Assembly (NCBI GenBank): GCA_964188305.1
Contig: OZ076889.1
DNA length: 64,000 nt
Reading direction: 5' to 3' (one strand)
Source: Podarcis bocagei
Taxonomy: Eukaryota
Shown: piece after piece, positions 40,145 through 52,100 of the stretch
How the letters are laid out: each line of letters begins with the position of its first letter
Numbering within the stretch: position 1 is the first letter of the stretch
Notes under the pieces: model-generated
The model's input: only the letters and a program-made list of their open reading frames with translations
Told to the model about the DNA's origin: nothing
Database searches by the model: none
Made by a program: the position numbers and the translations under genes

Positions 40145-40369
40145 GAAGAGACACAGCTTTCCAGTTGTCCTTGCCCCTAGAGACAATGAGAAGTCTGTCT
40201 GCCCAGCTACCTATAAATTGCAAGCACCAGAAATATCCACAGGTACACTGGCAATATTCTGATGAGTGATCAGCTGAGGAGGGGGATGCTTAATAAAGCA
40301 ACTATGGCTCAGCCCACATATTCTAAGCTTAATAACGGCAAGGGAAGCCAGTTGCTTCTGCTGAAACTA

Positions 40370-40581
40370 CAGTGGACGCTCAGGTTGCGAATAGGATCCG
40401 TGTGGGATGCACGCTCGTAACCCGCAGCAGCACGTCTGCGCATGCGTGTGTTGCGATTTGGTTTTGCACATGCGCAACCGCCAAAACCCGGAAGTAACCT
40501 GTTCCAGTACTTCCGGGTTTCGGCGGGTCCATAACCCAAAAAAAACGCAACCTGATGCATCTGTAACCCGAGGTATGACTG
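40370..40581. mobile_element. Tc1/mariner (Tigger-like) MITE
   Basis: TA|CAGTGGACGCTCAGGTTGCG ... GTAACCCGAGGTATGACTG|TA: imperfect TIRs and TA TSD, with an internal AAACCCGGAAGTA/TACTTCCGGGTTT inverted repeat. Confidence 0.8.
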
Positions 40582-40825
40582 TATTGTCGAATAACCCCAA
40601 ACATCAGATGCAAGAAACAGCAGGCCAAGGAACAAGCTCTCATATAGAAGTGTTCATTTAAACTGCTGGTTTAAATGAGGGAGAAAGCCTTCTCCATGAT
40701 GGCCGCATGGGTTTGGAACTTTATGCCAGTGCATCTGAGACAGGCTTCCAGGCTTCAAGTTTTTCAAAAGGCTTTAAAGACATCTCTTTTTTGACTAGTC
40801 CAGTCTTGAACTGAGAGTTCCTAGT

Positions 40826-40896
40826 TGAGATTCCTGCATTGCAGCAGGGTTGGACTAGAATGACCCCTGGGGCCCTTCCAACTATACAATTCTATT
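40826..40896 (+). mobile_element. CR1 LINE 3'-end fragment
   Basis: GATTCCTGCATTGCAGCAGGGTTGGACTAGAATGACCCCTGGGGCCCTTCCAACTATACAATTCT. Confidence 0.8.
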
Positions 40897-43800
40897 TTTC
40901 TAGTGCTGCAAAAGTGCTTAATTGGCCAGCTGAGCATATTTATTTGTTTTGTTTTTGAACACTGTATATATTTTGCAAACTTTTACAGTTGATATTTTGT
41001 AAACATTCCCTACTTCAAGCCGCTGTGGATGGGCATCATCCAGAAAGAAATACCCTAAATAAGTAAAAATACAGTAAAATTTGAACCCCCTCCCACTGCA
41101 ACCACAATTTCTTCGGAAGGCAAGAATCTGTCTTAAATAAGACTTTAATTTTATTTTTTTTAATCATGCAGGCATGCACTACAGAATCCAAGAAGTAAAA
41201 GGTACTACCGGCAACTTGTTAGGAGTTGTGTGAATCAACTTCCCTGATTCAAGTTCTGCCCTGTTTTATGAGAGTGAAGCATACCTCAGTCATACCACCA
41301 AGGTAGCTGCTGAAATGCTACCATCATTTTGTACGTACTGCCAAAGAAAGAACAAGAAGATGCAGCATAACAAGTACTCAGATACAGAAAGCCTATCCAG
41401 TGTCTTACTCTAATTAAGCCCTTTACTCAACAGAAGCAGCAGTTTGCTGTCAATGGGGGGGGGGGGAGCAACTACTATCCTCAAGAACATAGTGGAAATG
41501 GGCCTTGGCCCAGTCCCAAACTGCTCTATGAAAATGTTTGCTCTGTTAAAACTGTTCCTATATCCTACAGCTTATCAATTTTTTTTTAATAATAAAGAAC
41601 TAATAAATCAGAATCAGTAAGTAGTACCAGCAGCCAGGAGACAAATTCCTAAATCCTCCAGGCAAAAATGCATCCAGTGCATACATGCCTATAGTGCAAG
41701 ATTATACCATTTAACTGGTGCCGCCCTCAATGCAAAGCTGTACATCTGGGAACTCTGCCTGCTTCAGTTAATTTTTCCTTACAGTTTACAAGGCTCCAAA
41801 TTAGCCACTTCCTTCAACAAGAAACAGCTAAGAACTAGTTTACTAGTTTTAGAATAGGCTATTAAACAAGTAGCTGAATAGCTCACATCACAAAGAGAAT
41901 TGCATGTATGCACATGTTAGATATGAGCAAATCTAACTGCACCCCCCAAAAAATAAAAATAAAATAAATGGTAGCTCTGCAAAGTCAGTTGACTTGGCCA
42001 ACTTCGGTGTGACGCCAGAAATAGCTGCAATAATTTCAATTTAAAACTTTCCCATATTGCTTTACTGCCACATGGACTATCAGGGGAAAGAGACTAAAAG
42101 AAAACAAATGGAGCAAAGAAGATAAATATGCAGGTTCTTTTTGACCTAAAAATTCTTGGTCATCTTATGCTGGGTAATATGTGTAGCCCAAGGTCCTCAG
42201 CACCTTCCAGCTCCTGCACTCTTGATTTCACAAAATACACAATACTAGATTTATAGCTCTGAAGAAATTGTAGCTTGCATGATCACAGGACAAGCATGGA
42301 ATCGGAAGAAACAGAGCTGTTTCTCCGACATGTCTTAACTTTTCCTCTACAGCAGAAAGTGAATCTCTCTACCTATTCAATCACTAACCCATAGCAAGAA
42401 CTCCATATGACAGCAAAATAAATACTAGTTGAATTCAGGGCTTTAATGGCAGCGTTATCGCTCCTACTGAGAACTGGAAAGAGATTCACAATCCAGCTCA
42501 TCCCAGACTAACAAATCAGATTATGGTAGTCCGCTTGTGTTTATGGGTCATGTTGGAACCTCTCCTCCACCATCCCCCACCTTCCCCTTCAGCTATGTCA
42601 GGGTGGAATGCTATTTCCAGATGATTAACAGAGTGATTTTGGCTTTGTTACTGCTGCAACTTTCGTCACAAAGTGCAGGCAGTCTGAAGCTCTTTAGACA
42701 GTCACCTTCATTTGCACACCTTGATGTGTTCTGTTTCACATGGGGACAAAACAGTAGGGCCTGAACATGCCTGAGCAATATCCAACATGCCAATCTTCGG
42801 GAACATAGAAATTATCAAAAGCTGCAATTTCTGCAGCTTGAAATATGGGGTTACAGTTTTTTTAGTTTTAATGGATATATCTTAAAAGTGGGCCACGCAA
42901 GATGTCAGCATCCCATTCCCGTAGTTGGCTAAATGTGAATGCCTAGTTCTAGAGTAGTGCTAGATAATACACTCCTTGCAATGTTTGAGATTTTTATACC
43001 TCCGTATAAAAGTTTAACAGGGTGGTTCACCAAAATTAAGAATAGAGGAAATACAATAGTGCCTTAATGCTATTACTGGGCCAAAAAGGGAACTTTCAGT
43101 TCTAACAGGTGGGGGAAGGGGGGACAGTGGCTTATTTCAGACATAAATGATTTTTGCACCAAGAGAAAAGTGCTATACATGCACGCCTCCCTGTTCCCTA
43201 TTCTTGTGTACTATAATGCAAGACTTTATTAAATCTCAGTTTTCAGTGGAAAACTAGGGAAATCATATCCTAGTTTGTAATCAGAGATTAAACCTGGTTT
43301 CAGGTTTCCTGGTTCTAATGTAATAGGAAACTGATTTAAACAAACCCTGGTAGTTTTTCATCAGAGTGCATAAGAGAAGGGAAAGGGAGGAAGGGCATAT
43401 ACAAGCGTAATGTTCATTCTCAGTCCAATGTACCATGGCTTATTAGCTAGAGATCAGCCTAAAGTGGGTCAACATGACTGTCTTTGATTTCATCAAGAAG
43501 GAAGCAACTAATCATAGTCCTTCCAATACTGTGCTACAAATTCCATACACACAAGAACAAAATGATTGATAGACCAAAAAGTGAACTATGTGAATGAAAG
43601 ATTGCTGAAAGGAATTTTTTATTTTATTTGGGGTATTTCTATACAATCTTCATAGTATTTTATTCTAAGATGGTCTACAGAGTGTCCAAGGAGGAAGAGG
43701 TTCAACAAAGGCAACCTGGAGACCAAGGATCAGAAATCACCCTGAGTGCCATTCTAGTCTCATCCCAGACCTTAAAATCCAAGGAAACTCTTAAAATTCA

Positions 43801-44416
43801 TTCATCCCTAGATGACAGAACAAGTGCTCCAGCACTAAATAGCCTCAAATTGGATACATCACTGAGTGGAGGCATATAAAGATTTAAGAACACTGGAAGG
43901 AGAAGGATTTTCCTACTTCAGATTAACTAAAATTACTAGGATGACAAAACCCTTTCAAGGAAGAGATGGGTTTTTAAAAAGCTTCTCTCTCATTTCACTG
44001 ATTCTTACTCCTGGGTTACCACTTTATCAGGTCCATATGTAGTATAATGCAAACTGAACCTCATTAGAAACTGTCACACTCAACCTTGAACTTGGGTCAG
44101 GGGAGAGTACAGTACAAACGTTTAGGCCCATTGTACATAATAAATGAAGTTACATAGGTTTTCTTAGGGTGTACCATTTCAAGGTGCAATGGGGTGGCAT
44201 CTGAATGCTTCCCACAGGGCTTGGTATCCTGGCTTGGTATACCAGGATAAAGATTTTTAATCTTCTCTAAAGGGTGTTTCTCCTGATGCCATGGAGAAAA
44301 TTCACCACCTGCAATCTGAAGAGGTACAGCCCAGGAAAGGATTTCCCACACAATTCCGGTGATTGTGAAAATAGGGTCTAAAAATATTGCTATTTCTCAG
44401 GAACTATGAGATTCCC

Positions 44417-44418
<2 letters not shown>

Positions 44419-44450
<32 letters not shown>
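44419..44450. repeat. (CA)n microsatellite
   Basis: Seen directly in the sequence. Confidence 0.95.
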
Positions 44451-44455
<5 letters not shown>

Positions 44456-45232
44456 CGCTAGGTAAAATGTCACAAGCACAGACACATCATGCTGCCATGC
44501 CACCTTTAACAGACCTAGACAGTGCTATACTTACTTTATAATATGTCATAAATAATGTGTTAACATGCCACTCCAAGAAAGAACTAGCACCACAAGGAAC
44601 CCATCACCAGTTTCTGGGGCAAAGCCTATACCTCAAACCATTTACATGCCGTAACCAAGAACTACAGAATCCGACAGACATTATTCAAACAATTCCTTTC
44701 TTTAGTTTATTTTAGTGCACTGCACTTCAAACAATATATTTTCAAAGCACATGAATATGTACAGTACCTTTAAAGGAAAAACACAGCCCTACAGCGCATC
44801 AGCAAGCAAAAGCAGACATTTGATTTTATGCAATAATGTGTCAAATTTTGGAACAGAACTTTCTCCATGTGGCGGCATGGGCTAGGGGAGGGAAGAAGCG
44901 CCTGGTTATTCCAAGTCAGGGCAAGGCTACTATATCAAGGTTTGAGGCAGCAAAACTTAAAAATTCACATTGGACTTTTACTCTAGACTGTGAAAACACT
45001 GTAGAAACTCTATAAACATTTTCTGCTGACACCAGAGCATGGAAACCTCTTTTATTTCAATAAATATTACATTATTAAGAAAAATGATAGTCAAATAGTA
45101 AGAATAGTCATGATGGGGTTTTTCATTTTGCCCTCTGCAAAAAGGTCAGATGCGCTCGTACTGGTTTCATAGTACAAGGAAATACATCAGTTATCAAAAC
45201 ATTGAGTATGTCTCCCTTTATTCCAGATGGCT

Positions 45233-45411
45233 NNNNNNNNNNNNNNNNNNNNNNNNNNNNNNNNNNNNNNNNNNNNNNNNNNNNNNNNNNNNNNNNNNNN
45301 NNNNNNNNNNNNNNNNNNNNNNNNNNNNNNNNNNNNNNNNNNNNNNNNNNNNNNNNNNNNNNNNNNNNNNNNNNNNNNNNNNNNNNNNNNNNNNNNNNNN
45401 NNNNNNNNNNN
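45233..45411. other. Assembly gap (179 N)
   Basis: Run of N. Confidence 1.
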
Positions 45412-45878
45412 GCATAACTCAGTGCATAACAGGGAGTTTTTATCTGAAGTTCCCATCCTAGTGTAGCACATGCATGTTCAAAAATGCTTTTCATTAGTTA
45501 TATTTCATTCTGGCCCTATTGTTCCCTTAGAATCGATAGTCTAATAGCAACCAACCCCTTCTGCCTTCCCTTGAGAAAGTCCTTTCACAACAGACAAGAG
45601 ATTGCATTATTGTAGGGAGACTAAAGCAGCGGGAGAGTTGATCTAGAACTTCCCTCACCAAGTGCCTTATTTACCACGCTTGGCCCAGTTCTGCTCTGGA
45701 TTCCAAACCAACACTAGGTGGCTGCATTACCACCAATACATGGACTCCACAAGAATGGTGTTATTTCTTTTACTGGTAGTTGCCCTTTTCAGTGATCAAG
45801 TAAGTTCTACCCTGAGCAAGCTACATGGTAGAAGACACAATATAGGGCATTTCTACTACAGAACACACCAGATACATA

Positions 45879-46120
45879 CAGTGGTACCTCGGGTTACATA
45901 CGCTTCAAGTTACATACGCTTCAGGTTACAGACTCCACTAACCCAGAAATATTACCTCGGGTTAAGAACTTTGCTTCAGGATGAGAACAGAAACTGTGCA
46001 GCAGCGGCGCAGCGGCAGCAGGAGGCCCCATTAGCTAAAGTGGTGCTTCAGGTTAAGAACAGTTTCAGGTTAAGAACAGGCCTCCAGGATGAATTAAGTT
46101 GTTAACCCGAGGTACCACTG
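45879..46120. mobile_element. Tc1/mariner (Tigger-like) MITE
   Basis: Perfect 18-bp TIR CAGTGGTACCTCGGGTTA / TAACCCGAGGTACCACTG flanked by TA on both sides, with internal CAGGTTAAGAAC subrepeats. Confidence 0.92.
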
Positions 46121-46164
46121 TACTTTGCACATACACCAGCCTCCTCTCTTACTCCTCTGAAAAT

Positions 46165-46341
46165 TACAGATAGGTAGCCGTGTTGGTCTGCCATAGTCAA
46201 AATAACAAAATTCCTTCCAGTAGCACCTTAAAGACCAACTAAGTTAGTTCTTGGTATGAGCTTTCGTGTGCATGCACACTGAAAGCTCATACCAAGAACT
46301 AACTTAGTTGGTCTTTAAGGTGCTACTGGAAGGAATTTTGT
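46165..46341 (-). mobile_element. PLE insertion with fold-back inverted duplication
   Basis: PLE terminus plus a 139-bp palindrome. 12-bp TSD TCCTCTGAAAAT at 46153-46164 and 46342-46353. Confidence 0.85.
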
Positions 46342-46365
46342 TCCTCTGAAAATATTTGTATAGTC

Positions 46366-46475
46366 GGTTGCCATACATCCGGAATTTCCCAGACATAGCT
46401 GGCAATCAGCTGTCAGAAACAGCCTCTGGGCAGAAATTGCTGAAATGTCTGGGAAAATCTTTACATATGGCAACC
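46366..46475. mobile_element. Short hAT-like MITE
   Basis: TIR GGTTGCCATA / TATGGCAACC and inner inverted repeat TTTCCCAGACAT / ATGTCTGGGAAA. Confidence 0.65.
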
Positions 46476-47649
46476 TGTGTCGGCAGTGTCTTTTTTTGTC
46501 GAGATTTTGCCAATAAAAAAAATAAAAGCTCAACCTTACAGTATAGCCCGGTAAATCCTATTTGAGTATCCTGTGGGAGGCGAGATACTAATTTCTGCAC
46601 TATGGTTACTTTTAAGACTTCACACTGAAATACTATGGGAAAATAAAAACAGTAGGTGCAGTCTGAAAGCGTACAAATTGAAACAAGCAGGACTCTCATT
46701 TGTAGATCATTTCTCTGAATGTGGTGATGGAGCCAAAAAATAGTTTCTATTTTTTTTTTTAACAAAAGGCTGCAAATAGCAAGAATTCTGTGTAGCTTTT
46801 GTTTCAACAGAAAAAAATGCTGGACAAAGTTAACCAATTGTACTCCATTATAAATTCCCCATCTCTAAAATGGGGATAACAGCAAACTGTCAAAGAGTAT
46901 GTTAAAAAGATCAAGAATACAGAAATTTTAAAAGCGTTACAGAAATTAATAATACACAACCTGATCACAAATGTAGAACATTTCATCCAAATATAGATAG
47001 TGCAACAACTTTGTTATGAAAAATGAAAATATTAAATCTCAAAAAAACCAGAGTATTAAGTTTTAATTTCTAATTGCCTAGGGAGAGAAATGATCGTTTC
47101 TGTCCTTTCGCTATGCCACACGTAACTCTCAGAATTACACCACCTGAAGTATGGGATACTTGAAACCAAATATTGGCCAGGCATAAAGGTAAATTTTAAG
47201 TTAGATGAACAAAAAGAAAATGCTCAGCATGATTGTTATGTTGTATTATTGAAATGCCACTTTATCTGACTGAATGAATAGGGCGTAGGAGAGAAAGCGA
47301 CCTCAGTGCAAAGATTTTTGGCACTCAAAATTAAAACGATGCCTCCTTCCATGAACAACATGAATGTTATGTTTACATCAGAGGCAAAAATAGGACAAGA
47401 AAAGGTCAGGGGTGAAATTGACTGAAGTCCTGCAACTTAAATCTTTAAATCAGAACAATTGCTTTCCTTCACACCTGCAAATTCCACCTCAAGAGTCTAC
47501 TGCAAAAGTAATATTAACATTCTTTCATCACCCAACTGCATAGTTTGGTCTAGTTAAAACACACATAAAATCTCAAAAAAGTGACTGCTTTTGATATATT
47601 TTGTAGAAAATGGTTTCTACTAGAAAGGGGGGAGGGTATAAGAGACGAC

Positions 47650-47683
47650 TCTTCTTCTTCCTCCTCCTCCTCCTCCTCTTCTT
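47650..47683. repeat. (TCT)/(TCC)n trinucleotide repeat
   Basis: Seen directly in the sequence. Confidence 0.9.
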
Positions 47684-49137
47684 CAGTTCTCCACTCTGCT
47701 ATGCCAGCCTCCCCCTTATACTTATTGGAAAAAAAACCAGTCTGCAATTTTTCTTTAAGTGCGAGGGAAAAAACTGCTAAATTTTGCTTGCTAATAAAGT
47801 ATCTTGGCATTATAAACTGCCATCCACTTCAGATTAATGCACCCACCCTAGTAATACACGAAGGCAGAGAAATAGAAGAAAACCAGGGCACCGTTCATTA
47901 ATGAACAAATGCAACTTGCCAGAGTCCGTAGCCATAGTCTCTGTTTGGAGAAGGTACCTTGTCAAAACAAATGCCAGCAGCTGCAAGAAACAAAGGCACA
48001 ACATCTTCTAAAATAGAAGCTGGGGCTTGCCTAAAACATTGTGTATGTCCAATAGTTGAACCAAGATGAATCAGAGAAGAGAGGGATGCCAACTCTCTGC
48101 ATAAACTACTTGGTATCAGCATACTCTCTGGAATTGGAAAAGGTCAATAATACTGAAAAGTGACCTCCAAGAACCAAGTTCTAGACTTGTTAGGCTCACT
48201 GGAAGATGAAGATGTAGCTTTGTATTGTATCCTTGGCACCCCTCTATGAACTTTTTCTTGCCTTCTTGAAATGCTTCTCAGTCAACTAGCTGGGCACACA
48301 AAAAATGTTTGCTGGGCATTTAAGTCAGCCGTAAGAACCTAGTTACGCCATACAGAGTGCCCCCACCCACCAAAAAATAGGAAGGCAGAGAGATGTTAAC
48401 AGTACTGTTTCCACTCCCTTGTCTAGGCAAAGATAATGCTGCTTCAGCCTGAGCTAGAAGGAGATAGTCATCAATTTCAACTGGCTGTTTATTGTGACGT
48501 TAAGGGCTGGCTGTAACTAATCAGATTGCAGCAAAACAACTTGCCACAAACAGTCCAGTTATGTCAATTATCTGATATTCAGCATTTCCACCTTTAATCC
48601 CACGTCTGGCAAATCAGGACCTAAACCAAAAGGCGGCAGCATCCTTTCACATGTAAATCAGAAGAGCTCTGTGACCCAGCCCTTCGTCCATCTGGGAAGC
48701 CATTTCTGAGAGTCCCAAGAATATCTTCAGGGCAGAAAAATGGGCAGAGCTGGGTCAAATTCAGGTCATGCTATGGAGTGCTTTCTATACAAAACACACT
48801 GGGTTCAAGTTTAAAAACTCCTTACTAGGTTACAAACATAAATCATTTGTAAATATTTTGGAGTTAATGAATGTTGAATAACAAGAATGCAAAGAATTAT
48901 CCTATAGGGTACACCAGGAAAATTAAGGTACGAAGTGTTTGACGATGCTCAAATATCACTTTGCTCCATTATACTGGCATGGTATTGCCCTTCATCTAAA
49001 AATCCAGCTGTTCCCTACCTCACTACAATGGATGAAGTCCTGCTATTTGACAGGATCTACTGCCTCTCCCATTATATACTTCTTTTCGAGTCTTTGCTGC
49101 TGGCAGAAAAACAGGCTTTCTGCATCTCCTCCAATTC

Positions 49138-49139
<2 letters not shown>

Positions 49140-49182
<43 letters not shown>
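49140..49182. repeat. (CA)n microsatellite
   Basis: Seen directly in the sequence. Confidence 0.95.
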
Positions 49183-49183
<1 letters not shown>

Positions 49184-52100
49184 ACAAGCAAGCTTTTTTT
49201 CACCCTGTGAAACACCAAGAAGTACACCCAACTACTTCACTGTAATTCTATTCCAAAACGGGGGTAACTGTCATTGAAATTAGATGTTACTGAAGCAATG
49301 ACCCACCCAAAGCAACACAGGATGATCACGGCACAACCAAAAAGTGAACTAGACTAGGTCTTGAAACACAGGTCAACACCATCTACTTATATCGGCCTTT
49401 GGCCTAAGAGAAAACAATCACTATGTTTTATTTGAATATACCTGGGTTGTCATTTGTAAAGCTTAAAATATGTGTGAACTAGAAGTGTATATAGGAAATA
49501 GACCATAGGAAAACCCTAGAAAAATTGCCTGAAAATATCAACTAATTCATCTACACTCTTCTTTGCCGCTTCCCATGTTTTTTTTATTTGTATGGGGCCA
49601 TGGGATATGGGAGAACAGTTTTAAGCTGCTGGCCACTCCTAGATTTTTTTAAAAGAGGAATGACTGGTTTTTAACTGAACAAACTGCCTCTTTGGGGATG
49701 GGATATATTCCCCAAAACTGCTTTGTTCACTCCCGCATGTGTGAGTCATTACACAGTTTCCTTTTGACAGGATCAAACAGTGCCAGATAAATCCAGAAGC
49801 ATGTTAGCTCCTATGCTGCCCTCAAGGAACACACTATACACATGCTCCGTTGCCTAATACTGCAGAGGCACACTGGTCATTTCACTGTCTTCATGCAGGA
49901 TGCTTTATGCTTTACCTGATAGTGCTATTCCACCCTTCTTGTGTTTATACAGGCAAGTAGGGCTCTCTTCTAAACCATACTAGCATAAATTCAGGAAGCT
50001 AAATAGACTGAGGAGAAATAGTGCCAGGATAGTGTTCATGTTAAAATATCCAGGTTCATTGGCATACAGCTGCTATATACAAATGGGCAAATGCTCCCTT
50101 TCTTCAAAAAAGATACAAACTTCTCTTCCTTTATGAATTTGTAGGGATTTTCCTTATTCATATTTCGTGAACTAGTGAAGCAAAGTCAAGCTTCTCACAG
50201 AGAATGACTTTTATTTATTTATTTAACAAGATTTATATACCGCTTGATTGTAATAAAACCTCAAAGCGGCTTGCCAAACCTTGCGGGAAAGCCTCTCCCC
50301 ACTTCGAAGTATGAACTGTTTAGTTTACCCCTGTATTAACACACTTGCCTGGTAGCCATAAACAATAAGGAATTGCATGCAAGTGAGCTAATGGACTGAC
50401 AGACGATGGATGGGGCACTCCAGCAAGTAAGTTGCTGCAGGACAGAAGCTGCCTCCTCTTCACTCAGTACAGACATGCAGCAGGCTGGTGGGAGAGGAGC
50501 AGAGCTCTCTGTCCCTCCTCTGCCAACCCCTGTCGGCTAATTAAAACATGTGCATGCCAGTGACTTCCATAGGTTTGTTTCCAACTCTGGTTTAGCTGCA
50601 GCCTATATGCTAATGCCCGTTCAAAGGCACCACATGGTAAAGTTTCACCAGTGGGGCAGAATGAGAAGCAGCATATCAAAACAGGACAACAGTGGCTTCT
50701 CTCTCCCACCCAAGTATTTCCAATGCTTGTGTTTTTTTTATCGATACTTAGAATTTTTATAGTGTGCTTTTATGAAGTTTGCATGCAGTTAACGTAATAC
50801 TCCATCCAGAATGCCAGGATACGCAACAACCCTTAATGGTGGCAGAAATCCTCGTCTGCTGATCCATTTGTTGTTGAAAGTCCTGAAACGGATGGAAGTG
50901 TTTCAGGTAAGCGGGCAGTGAATTGATCAGATTCTGTCTCTTTACAAGGACATGGAGGTTGGGCGACATGTGCAGGCTAGCAGATAACAAATGCTGATAT
51001 TGCCATAAAGACCAAGTCAGTAGAGAACGATGTGCAATAGTGAATTTGAAAGAGTCAGATTCACAATGCTAACTAACACCTTGTCAGGGAAACTCTACTG
51101 ACCTGATGAGATACTTACATTGCAAAGTTTTCAATAACCGTCCTCTATACAGACAACCTCTGTTCACCAGACACAGCAGGGTTTTTATAAAACAAAACGA
51201 GAGTCCAGGTTTTCCCAGTGAATCCCCACACTATGGATCTTGGCTTAAATTACCTTATGTATACAAATGTGCAAGTGCACTTGTACTTTTTAATATATCC
51301 TTCTTCCTAGTTCAGCTTTTTAACCCTTTCCTAAAATCAGGATCTCTGTGGAAAATATATTAACGGATAGAAATTCAATAATCAACTGAACCACCAGTTC
51401 AAACGTGCGCACACATATATACACTGTTATAAGACAAATTGAAACTGAATTCTGGAAATGTTCTATCTACTGCATTCCCCCCTGTATTGCTTCAAAACCC
51501 TTTTCACGTAAGACAAGCAGATTTTTCAAAGAAAACAAAAACTGTTTTAAATTCCATGTGCAAACTGCACACACTAGAACTGAAACTCCAGTGTGGGTAG
51601 AAGAACAAAGTCAAATGTGAAAATAGTATTTTTAACTTAAAAACAAAACAAACATTTCAAAAGCCTCCCTCTTGACTACCAAGAAAAAAATGTTTATGAC
51701 CAGTGAAGGAGCTTCTGAGACAAAGCAGGACAATGAATGAATATAGAAATGTATTAATGTGTCTATTTGATCCAAAGCCAGAAAAATTAACAGAACAAAT
51801 CAACAAATAGAAGTGAATGAAATCTAAGTTTGTGGCATGGATGCCAATTTCAAAGTTTATATAATAGTAAAACTGCATTCAAAATTTGAAAATTTATTAT
51901 TTTGTTAATCATATCGCCTATCACACACCCCCCAGGTACAGATTTCCCTCATATAATTTAAGTCATCACTCTTTTCCTATCAACAACAATTCTGAAGGTG
52001 TGTTTTAACCTGCCATGTGGCAATTACTCCCAGTGTAAGGAGGAAATCACTCAGCCCTGGAGGCAAGTGAATTAGCCAAGTTTGAAAGGTGGCATCCTGT

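Noticed and set aside
28180-45494. ORFs containing long X runs
   Set aside because: Artefacts of reading through N gaps.
45662-46105. 147-aa ORF overlapping a mariner MITE
   Set aside because: No transposase motifs; the element is only 242 bp and non-autonomous.
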